From: Candidatus Omnitrophota bacterium
GTDB lineage: Bacteria > Omnitrophota > Gorgyraeia > Zapsychrales > Zapsychraceae
NCBI GenBank assembly: GCA_015233195.1
Contig: JADFYE010000008.1
Location: forward strand, 11,470 to 75,469
Length of the DNA stretch: 64,000 nucleotides
Direction: 5' to 3'
The translations under genes were made by a program, and so were the position numbers. Under the pieces are notes generated by a model. It was not told where the DNA came from. It did not search any database and saw nothing but the letters and a program-made list of their open reading frames with translations. Numbering within the stretch: position 1 is the first letter of the stretch; the number at the start of each line of letters is the position of its first letter. This document shows, piece after piece, positions 37,730 through 48,105 of the stretch.

Positions 37730-39022
37730 CTATATTTGATCACGATATTTTTTCCAAGTCAAAGCGATCAATTCTTCCATAACGTCATCGATAGTAATTA
37801 CCCCTTGCAAAATATCCTCGTCGTCAAGAACCGGCAAAGCCAAAAACTTATATTTTTCCAAAAGTACAGCAATCTCTTCCATAGTATCATCTGTACGCAC
37901 AAAAATTTTGGTATGATAACAGGTTTCAGAAAGTAATTTTTCTGGAGGTTCGTTTATAAAACGCTTTAATACTGTCACGCCTAACAAATGATGCTTTTCA
38001 TCGACCAGATATATGGTGTAAACATTCCCCGGAAACGCAACATTATCTTTAACTTTTTGGATCGCGTCCCCTACTGTAGCATTAGAATTAAGATACAAAT
38101 ATTCGGTAGTCATCAAACCGCCGGCAGTATCCTGCTTGAATCCTAACAAATTCAACAAAGCCTTAGATGTTTTGGATTGCATCATCCGCAAAAATCTCGA
38201 GCGTTTATCCTTCGGTAGTTCCTTTAAAAGATCTGTCGCCTCATCTGCAGGTATATTTTCCAACAATGAACTGGCTTCTTTTTCTTCTAAATGATCAATC
38301 AAATCTTCCTTTTCCTGCAAAGTCATATCCGTGAATATTTTTCTCTGCATCTCCACGCCAAAAACTTTAAACAAAGATAATTTCTCAAAAATATCCAGAT
38401 CTTCCATAATATCCGCGAGTTCAGCTGAAGGAATCTTTGCCAATTTTCCCATTTCCACGTCGGAACGCACCACATTTTTACGCGAACCAATATTCAAAAC
38501 GTGCGTATGTTTCCAGGATATCAACATCTCTTGGCTTAAATATAATGAATCCGGATGTATTAATTTTACTATCGCATCAACAAACGGCGTCCATTCCAAT
38601 CTACGGATCAGCCCCCGCGTTCCCACATCAACGTGCGCCAAATAAAATTGTTTATCAACTTTCAATAAATGCACATCATTAACCCGCACCACTTTACGAC
38701 CATTAGTATCAACTACCTGCTGATCCAGAATATCCGTCCTTACTGACAAATCCGGACGAAATCTTTCTTTTTCAAATTTTATATCTTTCAATAATATTTG
38801 AGCCGTACAAATTAAATCGTCTGTAACTTGAAACACTTCGGTAGGAATGGCGGCATATCTGCGGGAAAAAATATTTCCTTTGCGGATTATTACCTGCTGC
38901 GCCTTGGGAAACACCTCGTCTTTAACATTCATGGAAAAATCAAAAATCCTGCCCATGAATTTATTTTGCGAATCGCGTACTGGACGCCCCAATAGTTCAG
39001 ATAAATAAATAAAAAATTTCAT
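37730..39022 (-). CDS. soluble PRC-barrel / MgtE-N / CBS-pair domain protein (no membrane domain)
   Basis: PSAELADIMEDLD...LENIPADEATDLLKELP matches an MgtE intracellular N domain, followed by two CBS-like repeats. Directly upstream of the NRAMP gene. Confidence 0.75.
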   Translation of the reverse strand: MKFFIYLSELLGRPVRDSQNKFMGRIFDFSMNVKDEVFPKAQQVIIRKGNIFSRRYAAIPTEVFQVTDDLICTAQILLKDIKFEKERFRPDLSVRTDILDQQVVDTNGRKVVRVNDVHLLKVDKQFYLAHVDVGTRGLIRRLEWTPFVDAIVKLIHPDSLYLSQEMLISWKHTHVLNIGSRKNVVRSDVEMGKLAKIPSAELADIMEDLDIFEKLSLFKVFGVEMQRKIFTDMTLQEKEDLIDHLEEKEASSLLENIPADEATDLLKELPKDKRSRFLRMMQSKTSKALLNLLGFKQDTAGGLMTTEYLYLNSNATVGDAIQKVKDNVAFPGNVYTIYLVDEKHHLLGVTVLKRFINEPPEKLLSETCYHTKIFVRTDDTMEEIAVLLEKYKFLALPVLDDEDILQGVITIDDVMEELIALTWKKYRDQI

Positions 39023-39023
39023 T

Positions 39024-39683
39024 TCACCTGCTGGTTACTACCCCCTTACGAGGGCACATTGAATTAAGTACACATTGAGAACATCGAGGAGAAACCGGTC
39101 GGCAAATATTTTGACCCCAGACGACCAGAAGTGAATTATATGCTATCCAATAGCGTTTAGGCAATGTTTTTCTCAAAATATTTTCAGTCTCGTCAGGGCT
39201 TGACGTTGTAACATACCCAAACCTATTAGAAATACGGTGAACATGAGTATCCACGCAGATACCCGGCTTGCCAAATCCTTCAGTCAAGACCAGATTAGCG
39301 GTTTTCCTGCCTACACCTTTAAATGTCAATAACGTATCTAGATCATCCGGCACTTGACCATTAAATTCTTTTATAAGACGCTGACACAATTCAAGAATAG
39401 TCTTAGCTTTAGTATGATAAAACCCGACCGGATAAATCGCTTTTTCAATTTGTTTGGCGGTTAACTTTATCATAGCTTGCGGAGTATGCGCTAATTTAAA
39501 CAACCGTTCAGACACTGGAATAGTAGTCTCGTCTTTAGTGCGCAAACTCAACAGACAGGATATCCACACTAAAAATGGGTCGTGCCACTTTTTACCGACC
39601 ATAGTAACTGAGGGATCCGGTAGATTTTTTTCAGCTTGACGGAGTTTTTTAATGACTTGGGAAATGTTGTGATTGTTGACCAT
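39024..39683 (-). CDS. nth: endonuclease III
   Basis: HhH-GPD LLTFKGVGRKTANLVL, catalytic-region D, and a C-terminal 4Fe-4S Cx6Cx2Cx5C cluster (CRPVSPRCSQCVLNSMC). Confidence 0.9.
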   Translation of the reverse strand: MVNNHNISQVIKKLRQAEKNLPDPSVTMVGKKWHDPFLVWISCLLSLRTKDETTIPVSERLFKLAHTPQAMIKLTAKQIEKAIYPVGFYHTKAKTILELCQRLIKEFNGQVPDDLDTLLTFKGVGRKTANLVLTEGFGKPGICVDTHVHRISNRFGYVTTSSPDETENILRKTLPKRYWIAYNSLLVVWGQNICRPVSPRCSQCVLNSMCPRKGVVTSR

Positions 39684-42600
39684 TTAAATTTATCGGTGTT
39701 ATCGAGCTTATAACCGGTATAAAACCTAAAACATTTTCAGTTTCATAATTTTGACTAGTTGCTGATCCATCAAATAACATAGCACTATCGCCTTGCTCTG
39801 TAACTGAATATTTTTCCGGATTAAGATCAATACCACCGACTTGGTCAGAAACATTAATGGCACGGTCGCCATGCTTTTTTATCCATTCCTTCCATTCACT
39901 CTGCGTCATGGATGCTTCAATCGAAAGCCCCCTATTATCTGCTGTAACTTTAACACGCTGAAGCGAATATCCTGCTTGTTGTAAACTTCGTATAAAAGGA
40001 GTATCAGTCATTGCTGCAGCAACTTGACGCATAACCGAGCTATAAGCAGCTCCGGTTTTTTGTTTAAGATTTTCCATAATAGTGTAATGTACTCTTTTTG
40101 CCTCCCATACATTCGTAACCTTAGGAAATTTTTTAAGCAAAAAACTTTTTAACGCCAAATAAAATTTTATTTTCGTGGGTTTATTTGTAACATCCTCGAT
40201 TTTTATATCTATAGGCTGACCTGCGCTTTTTAATATCCTCCGGAAAACCTGCGTCAATAATCCATTCCTCCTAAGATCATAAGACACGCCCGTTTTCACA
40301 TCTTTTAATTCAAATGATAAAAATTTTAATTTATAAGATAACTTAACCTTATTACCCACAAATGTGCCTTCAATTTCTGCAGGATACTTGGATGCTAATA
40401 GTTGTCCATTTACAGTCATGTGCAACCCAAAATATTCTTCTGTACCATTACCTGCTATCCGCCATTCAAATACTTCCGGAATATATTTAGGATCGAATTT
40501 AAAAATATTACGTCTAGATAATTCAATTGTTCCATCTCCAATCGACAAGGAGACCTTTTCACCATCAACACTTGTGAGTGAAATTAAAGATTTAGCCTTA
40601 CGCGGAATTAAAACTTTTCCCTTATCGGGATCATACAACAAATCATATCTTTCCATCCCCATATAATAACGCAGAGGATACATAGGTCGATTATCGATAA
40701 AAATTGGGTCATTCAAAATCGATATCCTGCCCTGACCACCTTTAACTTGGGCGCTTACCAATGCAACTGGATCATCCTTAAAATTTTGTTTTACTTTTTT
40801 TACCACTGCCAAATTTTTAGGAGAAAGTACCGCTCCTGCCTGCATAGCCTTGTCACTAATGCTCGCAACTATTCCGAAATTACCATTTCCCCCTCGCTCA
40901 CTAAATGAAAACTTATCATATCCAGCACTTGAAAATACTTTAACAAATGGAGTATCCATTAAAGACTTTTCCATATCACTCAAAAAATCAGTATATGAAC
41001 CCCTTAACAACTTTTTGTACTCTCCCATATTTCCTTGAAACTTATTCGGCATATCAGGGAATACGTGTTTCCATTTTTTATATGCCTGATCTACTGCTTC
41101 TCTCGTCTGCTTATTATCAACTTGATCCACATAAAAAATCACAGGGAATGGAAACCCCTCTAAAAACATCCTCATAATAACCTGCAACAACCCCATACCG
41201 CTTAAATCTTGTTTTAAAATCGAACTGGTGCGGATCATATTAAAATACGCGTAAGGCAGATGAATAATAGCCCTGCCTTGTTCGTCAACATCCCATCTGC
41301 TCATCTGCATAAACATATTTAAATGTCCACCCTCTAACGTATATGCTTCTTCCTCCGCAATATGAAATCCGAAACCAATATTGAGTTTTTTAGTATTCAT
41401 ACTAATATTCAAACTCAAAGGACGGGGATCCCATTTTTGTTCAAAATTCAACACATTGTTTTTATCAATTACTATTTCTCGTCCATTAATTGATAACATC
41501 AAACCATCAGCCGACACAGGCGATACAAAAATTTTGTCATTTTTAAACGGCTGCAAAGATTCATCCAGCAATTCCCCTCTGTTTACATCAAAATAAAAAC
41601 TTTTTACTGATTTATTATCATCTAAACGTAACCTAAGATACGCTTTACCATTAACCATTTTCGGTTCTTTAGTAAACCAAACTCTTAATCCATCCCCTAA
41701 ATCCAAAGTTACACCAAGCACTATTCCTTGCATGCGCGCGATATTCTGATAAATCAATTCCGTAAATTTTTGTTTGGTTAATTTTTGCGATGCATTACCA
41801 GTCATGGCATAATCAATTTCTTGGTACACCCGTGGAGCAATTATCTTCTCCCATTGTGCAGGTGAAAATTCAGCAAACGCGTGTAAAGAATTTGAATTAG
41901 ATTCATCAAAATTAATATCCAGCCCTAACTCATGCAATGTCCTCCCTATAGGAGACCCCTTTAATCCTATATACATATAAGACATAAAATCTTTGTATTG
42001 TTCTGGCTGTTGTGGATCGAACCTATTCTTAATCACATTTAAAGAATCAGGAAAACTCAAAGGCATTTTCTCTCTATACTTACTCGTACGTTTTAAAAAA
42101 CTATATTGTTTGTCTAAAATTTGTTTAGTTCCATCATCACTTCGAACCTCTTCAAAAATAAATCCAAACCTGTCCGGCATAGCCGCAACAATATAACCAA
42201 GAACATTCGACATTACCCCTAAATTACTCAATGGTTTTTTCGTACCATTTTCTTCAACACTACTAAATTTTACATTTTTCAAAACCACATAATACCTGCC
42301 GTTTTTTAACTCAATGCCTCCGATTTTCATAAAAACGCCGTTTGTTGCATCCAACTTCTCATAAGCTTTCCCGTCAAATTCCAATTCAACATCTATAGGA
42401 TGACCATCTCTGATTTTTGTATTTAACACCAATTTTTGTGGCTCTAAACTATCTTCATATTTATGCTCAGGAGCCTCCGAGAGCAATACAGTTTTATAAA
42501 CATCCTCCTCCAAAATTGAAAGCAAAACTCCGTTTTCATGCTGTTCAAGATGAAAAGGTCCGTCTTCAATTGACTCAATACCATCGTTTTTACGGATTTT

Positions 42601-44007
42601 AGCAGTTTTTAAATTTACCAATAAAGTAGTATATTCATAATTCGGACGCATTACTCTGATTTGCGTATATTCTGTTCCTCCGATTATTTTCGGATATTTC
42701 ATCACCCATAAAAAAATATCATCACCTAAATTCAAGCGCGTACCCAATACTTGCCCATTCATATTCCGTGCTGCCCAGTTTAAACGTTGAAGCATCATTT
42801 CTTTTATAGGATCCGTACTATGCCTAACTGGAATCATCTCTAAATCAACCGATACATCTTCAAGCGGTCTGCTCTTAAGCCCCCTATTAATAGTATCGAC
42901 ACCATCTAAATAGTCATTTTCCTCTTGGAGCATCGCCAAATCTACTTGCACCCCGCCTGAAAAATATTTGCGCGGAATTATAGTCTGAGTATTAGGATCA
43001 TATTCTTCCCGAATCGCGTTTACCGACCCTTTTTTAAAAATATCTGAATAATTATTAAATATTCGCCCCTTAAAATCTTTTTCAGGACGGATAAGCCCCT
43101 CAGTTTTTTTCTGATCCGCGTATTGCCGCCCAAGAGCGTTTTTACTAAAATGCCTCTTATACCAGCCAGCTAAAATTAGAGAATGAAATATCTGACGCAA
43201 AGGAGCAAACTCTTTCCCCTCATTGACTTTTTTAGTCAAAATCGGAATGATAATCTGCTTTATAGCTTGTTGCTCACTCCCCCCATCTTTACTTTGTACA
43301 ACCCCGTGATCGCGAAGCGTTTTTACGGGGCTACCACCAGCTAAATATTCCCCCTCAGTCATCACCTTGAATTTTGCTTGGTCAACATAGACGCTATTCC
43401 CTTTAACTACTACGCTGACTTTATCTGGAACGATCCAGACCCGGCTTAAAATCCCCTCACTTACCTCTCTACCTCTTTCCTCTTTACCTCTTATTTCATA
43501 TATTTTAGAATAAATCTCATCCCAAAATGTCCGTCCTGTTTCATTATCTGGATTTAATAAACTTGCAGTGAGTTGTTTTAAAATATAATCCTGTGCCAAC
43601 ATATCCTGTCCCATCAAAGTCCGGTCAAAACCTTCAGGGATAATGCGTTCTTTTTCTTTAGGCGATAAGTTCACCCATAAATCTTTTTCCGGAACAGTCA
43701 ACCCTGCCATAAAATAATTAATTAACTTTTCAGCCTCAACCTTAAATGCCGCATCAGTAAGCTGAACATCGCCCCTATCAACAATAAAATTAAAATGAAA
43801 CGGATTTTGTTTATCAATAGTCATGCCTTGAATTAAAACCGGCATTTGCACATTGGAAACAACAGGCACTGCAGAATTCTGGGGGAGAATTTGACCAAAA
43901 GAAACAACAATAGAATTTTCAATAAAAAAACAAATAATAAAAAAAAGACATAAAATCTTTTTTGATAAAACTATAAAGCTTATATAAGACTTTGTACCTA
44001 TACACAT
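39649..44007 (-). CDS. giant modular secreted protein C (~1452 aa): N-cap + three divergent ~320-aa tandem modules + GGIDLN C-cap
   Basis: N-cap aligns to A and B. The track ATG at 44043 lies inside the era terminator hairpin, so ATG 44007 (MCIGTKSYISFIVLSKKILCLFF...) is the more likely start. The 3' end overlaps nth by 35 nt. Confidence 0.88.
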   Translation of the reverse strand: MCIGTKSYISFIVLSKKILCLFFIICFFIENSIVVSFGQILPQNSAVPVVSNVQMPVLIQGMTIDKQNPFHFNFIVDRGDVQLTDAAFKVEAEKLINYFMAGLTVPEKDLWVNLSPKEKERIIPEGFDRTLMGQDMLAQDYILKQLTASLLNPDNETGRTFWDEIYSKIYEIRGKEERGREVSEGILSRVWIVPDKVSVVVKGNSVYVDQAKFKVMTEGEYLAGGSPVKTLRDHGVVQSKDGGSEQQAIKQIIIPILTKKVNEGKEFAPLRQIFHSLILAGWYKRHFSKNALGRQYADQKKTEGLIRPEKDFKGRIFNNYSDIFKKGSVNAIREEYDPNTQTIIPRKYFSGGVQVDLAMLQEENDYLDGVDTINRGLKSRPLEDVSVDLEMIPVRHSTDPIKEMMLQRLNWAARNMNGQVLGTRLNLGDDIFLWVMKYPKIIGGTEYTQIRVMRPNYEYTTLLVNLKTAKIRKNDGIESIEDGPFHLEQHENGVLLSILEEDVYKTVLLSEAPEHKYEDSLEPQKLVLNTKIRDGHPIDVELEFDGKAYEKLDATNGVFMKIGGIELKNGRYYVVLKNVKFSSVEENGTKKPLSNLGVMSNVLGYIVAAMPDRFGFIFEEVRSDDGTKQILDKQYSFLKRTSKYREKMPLSFPDSLNVIKNRFDPQQPEQYKDFMSYMYIGLKGSPIGRTLHELGLDINFDESNSNSLHAFAEFSPAQWEKIIAPRVYQEIDYAMTGNASQKLTKQKFTELIYQNIARMQGIVLGVTLDLGDGLRVWFTKEPKMVNGKAYLRLRLDDNKSVKSFYFDVNRGELLDESLQPFKNDKIFVSPVSADGLMLSINGREIVIDKNNVLNFEQKWDPRPLSLNISMNTKKLNIGFGFHIAEEEAYTLEGGHLNMFMQMSRWDVDEQGRAIIHLPYAYFNMIRTSSILKQDLSGMGLLQVIMRMFLEGFPFPVIFYVDQVDNKQTREAVDQAYKKWKHVFPDMPNKFQGNMGEYKKLLRGSYTDFLSDMEKSLMDTPFVKVFSSAGYDKFSFSERGGNGNFGIVASISDKAMQAGAVLSPKNLAVVKKVKQNFKDDPVALVSAQVKGGQGRISILNDPIFIDNRPMYPLRYYMGMERYDLLYDPDKGKVLIPRKAKSLISLTSVDGEKVSLSIGDGTIELSRRNIFKFDPKYIPEVFEWRIAGNGTEEYFGLHMTVNGQLLASKYPAEIEGTFVGNKVKLSYKLKFLSFELKDVKTGVSYDLRRNGLLTQVFRRILKSAGQPIDIKIEDVTNKPTKIKFYLALKSFLLKKFPKVTNVWEAKRVHYTIMENLKQKTGAAYSSVMRQVAAAMTDTPFIRSLQQAGYSLQRVKVTADNRGLSIEASMTQSEWKEWIKKHGDRAINVSDQVGGIDLNPEKYSVTEQGDSAMLFDGSATSQNYETENVLGFIPVISSITPINLNGQQSQHFPSH

Positions 44008-44031
44008 AATAAAAGTATATAGTATAAGCAC

Positions 44032-44063
44032 AAAAAAAACCATAAACCACGTTGGGTTTATGG
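44032..44063 (-). terminator. rho-independent terminator of era
   Basis: 9-bp stem ccataaacc (44040-44048) / ggtttatgg (44055-44063) directly after the era stop, followed on the minus strand by T8 (44032-44039). Confidence 0.75.
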
Positions 44064-45002
44064 TTATAAAGACTTTAGGTCGTAGCCCTGGTCAGCTAAA
44101 CCAGAAAGATTTTCGCGCCAGTCTTTTTGAACTTTTACAAAACATTCAAGAAAAACTTTGGTTCCTAACAAAGCTTCTAATTCAATCCGCGCTTCTGTAC
44201 CAATTTTTTTCAACAAAGACCCGCCTTTACCTATAACTATTTCTTTTTGCGTTTCCCGTTCCACCATGATCAACGCTTTTATATGAGTAGTTCTGACTCT
44301 TTTAGGCTGGATCGATTCAATGACTACATCCAAAGCATGCGGCAATTCATCCCGCATAGCATTAAATAATTTTTCACGGATAATATCCGCAATCGCCCAG
44401 CGCTGTGGATAATCCGTAACAATATCCTCCGGATACAATAATTCTCCTTCAGGCAAAAGATCAAATACCAGCTGAATCAATTTATCAACATTAACTTCTT
44501 TTTCGCCGGATAAAGGCAGCATCGTTACGTTAGGCAACTCATCCAAGTTTTTTCCCATTATCCTCTCAAAAAAATCTATATATTCAGGTATGCGCGCGCC
44601 TTTTTTTGTATCCACTTTGTTCAAAGCAAAAATAACTGGAGATTTTAATTTTTTGATCTTCTCGACCAGATACTCTTCTTCTTGACCAGGAATACGCATA
44701 GTATCTGCCAAATAAATAACCACATCCACATCACCAAATGTACCTTCAGACGCGCGGTTCATGTACTTGTCTAATTTATCCCGTCCTACATGCAATCCTG
44801 GAGTATCAATAAACACAATTTGTCCACGCTCGTCGGTAAATATGCCGCGGATCTGATGCCTGGTGGTCTGCGGAATTTTAGAAACAATAGATATTTTCTC
44901 GCCGCAAATACTATTCAATAGCGTGGATTTACCTACATTCGGTCGACCTACGATCGACACCATGCCAGATTTTTTTACGACAGTCTGCTCATTTTTGGGC
45001 AT
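44064..45002 (-). CDS. era: GTPase Era
   Basis: GRPNVGKSTLLN, DTPG, NKVD, and a C-terminal KH domain. Confidence 0.95.
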   Translation of the reverse strand: MPKNEQTVVKKSGMVSIVGRPNVGKSTLLNSICGEKISIVSKIPQTTRHQIRGIFTDERGQIVFIDTPGLHVGRDKLDKYMNRASEGTFGDVDVVIYLADTMRIPGQEEEYLVEKIKKLKSPVIFALNKVDTKKGARIPEYIDFFERIMGKNLDELPNVTMLPLSGEKEVNVDKLIQLVFDLLPEGELLYPEDIVTDYPQRWAIADIIREKLFNAMRDELPHALDVVIESIQPKRVRTTHIKALIMVERETQKEIVIGKGGSLLKKIGTEARIELEALLGTKVFLECFVKVQKDWRENLSGLADQGYDLKSL

Positions 45003-45264
45003 ATTTTTTTCTCCGAAAATTCAATGTTGTTAAAGCTACCGCGCTAAAGAATACCACATTCATCACATTAAACACCCGCCAAACCATATCCTTAGACTGA
45101 AATCCTGACGGAGCCATTAATAAAATACAAACCCAAACCCCCACCGCCCAGACTAAACTAACATCTTGCGACGATTTTCTTTCGATCATCCGCAAAATCA
45201 ATGGGATGTTAAATAAAGGCAGAATCACTGCTGCCGCAAAACCTATCTTATCCAATAAATTCAT
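44989..45264 (-). CDS. small three-TM membrane protein (PQ-loop/SemiSWEET-like?)
   Basis: ATG at 45264 with an AAAGG RBS (the track TTG is at 45291). Three hydrophobic helices; LPLFNIPLILRMIERKSSQDVSL resembles a PQ-loop. Weak assignment. Confidence 0.5.
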   Translation of the reverse strand: MNLLDKIGFAAAVILPLFNIPLILRMIERKSSQDVSLVWAVGVWVCILLMAPSGFQSKDMVWRVFNVMNVVFFSAVALTTLNFRRKKYAQK

Positions 45265-45274
45265 AAACGCCTTT

Positions 45275-46180
45275 CTATGCCACTTTAGCAAATGCTAAAT
45301 ATTTCGCTCGTCGTATTTTTACATCTGCTAAAGTCAATTTAGCAGTTTTATCCATTGCAAAACCCTCCACATTAAACGATGAACATATAGTCGCATATAC
45401 CAATGCTTGACGTATAGACGTTTCATTAATTTTTTTAGCCGCGCTTAAAAATCCCATAAGCCCGCCTGCAAAAGTGTCCCCTGCGCCAGTTGGATCAACC
45501 ACTTTCTCGACCGGATAAGCAGGGAAACCGCACATAAACTGTTTTGAATAAAATAAAACCCCATGCTCGCCTTTTTTAATTACTATAAATTTGGGACCTA
45601 ATGCAGCTAAAGCTTTTGCGGCTAAAATCAAATTATTCTCGCCAGTAATGTCCTGAGCTTCTTTATCATTAGCCACAAATAAATCGACCTTCTTGATCAA
45701 TTTCAACAAAGCAGTTTTTTGCGTATGAATCCAAAGATTCATACTGTCTAATCCGACGAATTTCGGAGATTTCATCAAAGATAAAAATTTATCCTGAGAA
45801 ACAGGATCAATATTTCCTAAAAATACATTTGAAATATTATACTGCGCTTCAGAAATGCTAGGCTGATAATTACACAAAACGCCGATTTCAGTAGCATGAG
45901 TAATTGCCGCATTAAAATTTTCTTTTTTATACTCCCCATCCCATTGAAAAGTCTTACCTTCTTCAATTTGTATCGACGAAACATCCACGCCTTTAGCTTT
46001 TAAAAAAATCATATATTTTTTAGGGAAATCTTTCCCCACTACGCCTGCAATCGCCACTTTAGTAAACAAACTCGCACTCATCGAAAAATGCGAAGCTGAC
46101 CCGCCAAGTAATCCACGCTTTTCACCAGACGGTGTTTTTAAATTATCCAATGCAACTGTACCCATGACGATTAAAGCCAT
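45275..46180 (-). CDS. PfkB family carbohydrate kinase
   Basis: C-terminal DPTGAGDTFAGG signature and a ribokinase-like fold pattern. Confidence 0.85.
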   Translation of the reverse strand: MALIVMGTVALDNLKTPSGEKRGLLGGSASHFSMSASLFTKVAIAGVVGKDFPKKYMIFLKAKGVDVSSIQIEEGKTFQWDGEYKKENFNAAITHATEIGVLCNYQPSISEAQYNISNVFLGNIDPVSQDKFLSLMKSPKFVGLDSMNLWIHTQKTALLKLIKKVDLFVANDKEAQDITGENNLILAAKALAALGPKFIVIKKGEHGVLFYSKQFMCGFPAYPVEKVVDPTGAGDTFAGGLMGFLSAAKKINETSIRQALVYATICSSFNVEGFAMDKTAKLTLADVKIRRAKYLAFAKVA

Positions 46181-46182
46181 AT

Positions 46183-46602
46183 TTATTCTCCTATAATTTT
46201 AATTAATACTCGTTTTCGTCTTTTGCCGTCGAACTCCCCATAAAATATCTGTTCCCAAGTACCAAAATCTAATTTTCCATTTGTAACAGCCACTACCGCT
46301 TCCCGTCCCATAATCTGCCGTTTTATATGCGCGTCAGCATTATCTTCGCCGGTATCATTATGCCGGTATTGATTGACCGGTTCATGCGGAGCTAATTTTT
46401 CCAGCCACCTCTCATAATCACCTAGAAGCCCGCTTTCATCATCATTAATATAAACGCTTGCAGTTATATGCATCGGGTTAACCAAACATAATCCTTCTTT
46501 GATCCCGCTCTTATCAATCGCAGCTTGCACCTGGTCAGTAATATTAATAAATTCTCTGCGCTGTTTAGTTTGAAAAAATAATTCTTCGCGATACGATTTC
46601 AT
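46183..46602 (-). CDS. YjbQ family (UPF0047) secondary thiamine-phosphate synthase-like protein
   Basis: [14 protein letters not shown]...[13 protein letters not shown]...[18 protein letters not shown] is typical of the YjbQ family. Confidence 0.8.
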   Translation of the reverse strand: MKSYREELFFQTKQRREFINITDQVQAAIDKSGIKEGLCLVNPMHITASVYINDDESGLLGDYERWLEKLAPHEPVNQYRHNDTGEDNADAHIKRQIMGREAVVAVTNGKLDFGTWEQIFYGEFDGKRRKRVLIKIIGE

Positions 46603-47696
46603 TTATATTCTCTCCCAACTTTAATTCTTTCTTTCAACGGCGGATGATCATAAAAAAACAATTTCTCGAACGTCGAAGGATTTTGTTTAGCTAAATTCAT
46701 CTCACCTAACTTCTCCATTAAAGAAACAAACGCCTCCGGCTTCTGCGTCATTCGCAAACAAAACTGATCAGCCTGTTTTTCAACCAACCGGCTATACCAA
46801 TTAAGAGGCATAGCAGTGCCTAAACTAAATATAGTGAACACAATCGCAAACATAGGTAAAAACGCAATGTCAGCCACGCCCCGCATACCAAAACTAGTTG
46901 AAAAATGTGATAAAAATGCCGCGACCAAATAAAAACCGATAAGCACCACTACCCCATTTACCAATAACAATTTCAAAATATCCCGATGCACATAATGACC
47001 CAGTTCATGCGCTACTACTGCCTCGATCTCCTCAACCGTATATTTTTCGACTAAAGTGTCACTTAACACTACCCGACGGGAATTACCCATACCGCAAACA
47101 AACGCGTTGGCTTTTTTAGTCTTTTGCGAAAAATCAATCATATAAATATCTTTGAGCGCGACTTTGCATTTCTTGAACATCCCAAAAATCCGATCTTTCA
47201 ATTCAACATTATTAATCGGTAAATATTTATAAAACAAAGGTACAATAATATTCGGAGTTATCCTAGCCATTACCACAGCCATAAATACCCAAAACAACCA
47301 TGCCCCAACCCACCAGCTCGACGGAAAATGTCTTAAGAAAAAATATACCACTTCAACCAAAAGCATGATTAAAACTAAGCCCAGGATTGAGTGTTTCAGG
47401 TCATCAGTCCACCACTGTAAAATATTTTGATTTGATAATTTGAATTTATGCTCCCAAACAAAACCGAGAAAAAAATTCAAAGGAAGATGAAAAAAATAAA
47501 GAGTGACGGAGAATATCAACAAAAACACCGCGTTTACTATCCACAAATTCGACGATATACCAGAAGCCCAATCCCTGACCAGGGCGCTATATCCTAAAAA
47601 GAAAAAAGCTAATATCACAACCAGATCTAAAAATAGCCCAATAAAAAAACAGCGGTTCTTAACATTATTATACTGGTCTGATCCATTTGTCGTCAT
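46599..47696 (-). CDS. M48 family (Ste24/HtpX-like) membrane zinc metalloprotease
   Basis: [10 protein letters not shown] zinc motif, multiple N-terminal TMs, downstream E ligand region. Confidence 0.85.
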   Translation of the reverse strand: MTTNGSDQYNNVKNRCFFIGLFLDLVVILAFFFLGYSALVRDWASGISSNLWIVNAVFLLIFSVTLYFFHLPLNFFLGFVWEHKFKLSNQNILQWWTDDLKHSILGLVLIMLLVEVVYFFLRHFPSSWWVGAWLFWVFMAVVMARITPNIIVPLFYKYLPINNVELKDRIFGMFKKCKVALKDIYMIDFSQKTKKANAFVCGMGNSRRVVLSDTLVEKYTVEEIEAVVAHELGHYVHRDILKLLLVNGVVVLIGFYLVAAFLSHFSTSFGMRGVADIAFLPMFAIVFTIFSLGTAMPLNWYSRLVEKQADQFCLRMTQKPEAFVSLMEKLGEMNLAKQNPSTFEKLFFYDHPPLKERIKVGREYK

Positions 47697-48094
47697 AGAT
47701 CTGAAGGACCTTCAACCATGCTCTTATCCTTCAATACTGTAAAATACGACTGGAATCTGTGATCTTTCCTTAAATTATGCAAGTCAGCGTCTGTCTGCAT
47801 AAAATCAAAATCATCATATCCGCACTTTATAGCTTTCTTGATAGTAACCAAGGCTTTATCCACGTGATTAAGCAAAGAATAGCTGCACGCCAAATTGTAA
47901 AGCACAAATTCGTCATCTGCGCGCAATTTAGACAATTTCTCGTCAATAATTAAACCATTTTCGAGCTCACCTAATTGAGTGTAAAGATCGCCTAATGCCA
48001 CCAACGCCTCAATAAAATTAGGGGTTTTTTGTAAAATACCTTCATAGAATTTTTTTTCAAATTCTAATGTTCTTTTTGTTATACCTCTGGCCAT
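47693..48094 (-). CDS. tetratricopeptide repeat protein
   Basis: TPR-like A/L/Y/N pattern (ALVALGDLYTQLGELENG..., LYNLACSYSLLNHVDKAL). Confidence 0.7.
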   Translation of the reverse strand: MARGITKRTLEFEKKFYEGILQKTPNFIEALVALGDLYTQLGELENGLIIDEKLSKLRADDEFVLYNLACSYSLLNHVDKALVTIKKAIKCGYDDFDFMQTDADLHNLRKDHRFQSYFTVLKDKSMVEGPSDL

Positions 48095-48105
48095 AGTTAC
48101 CTCCT

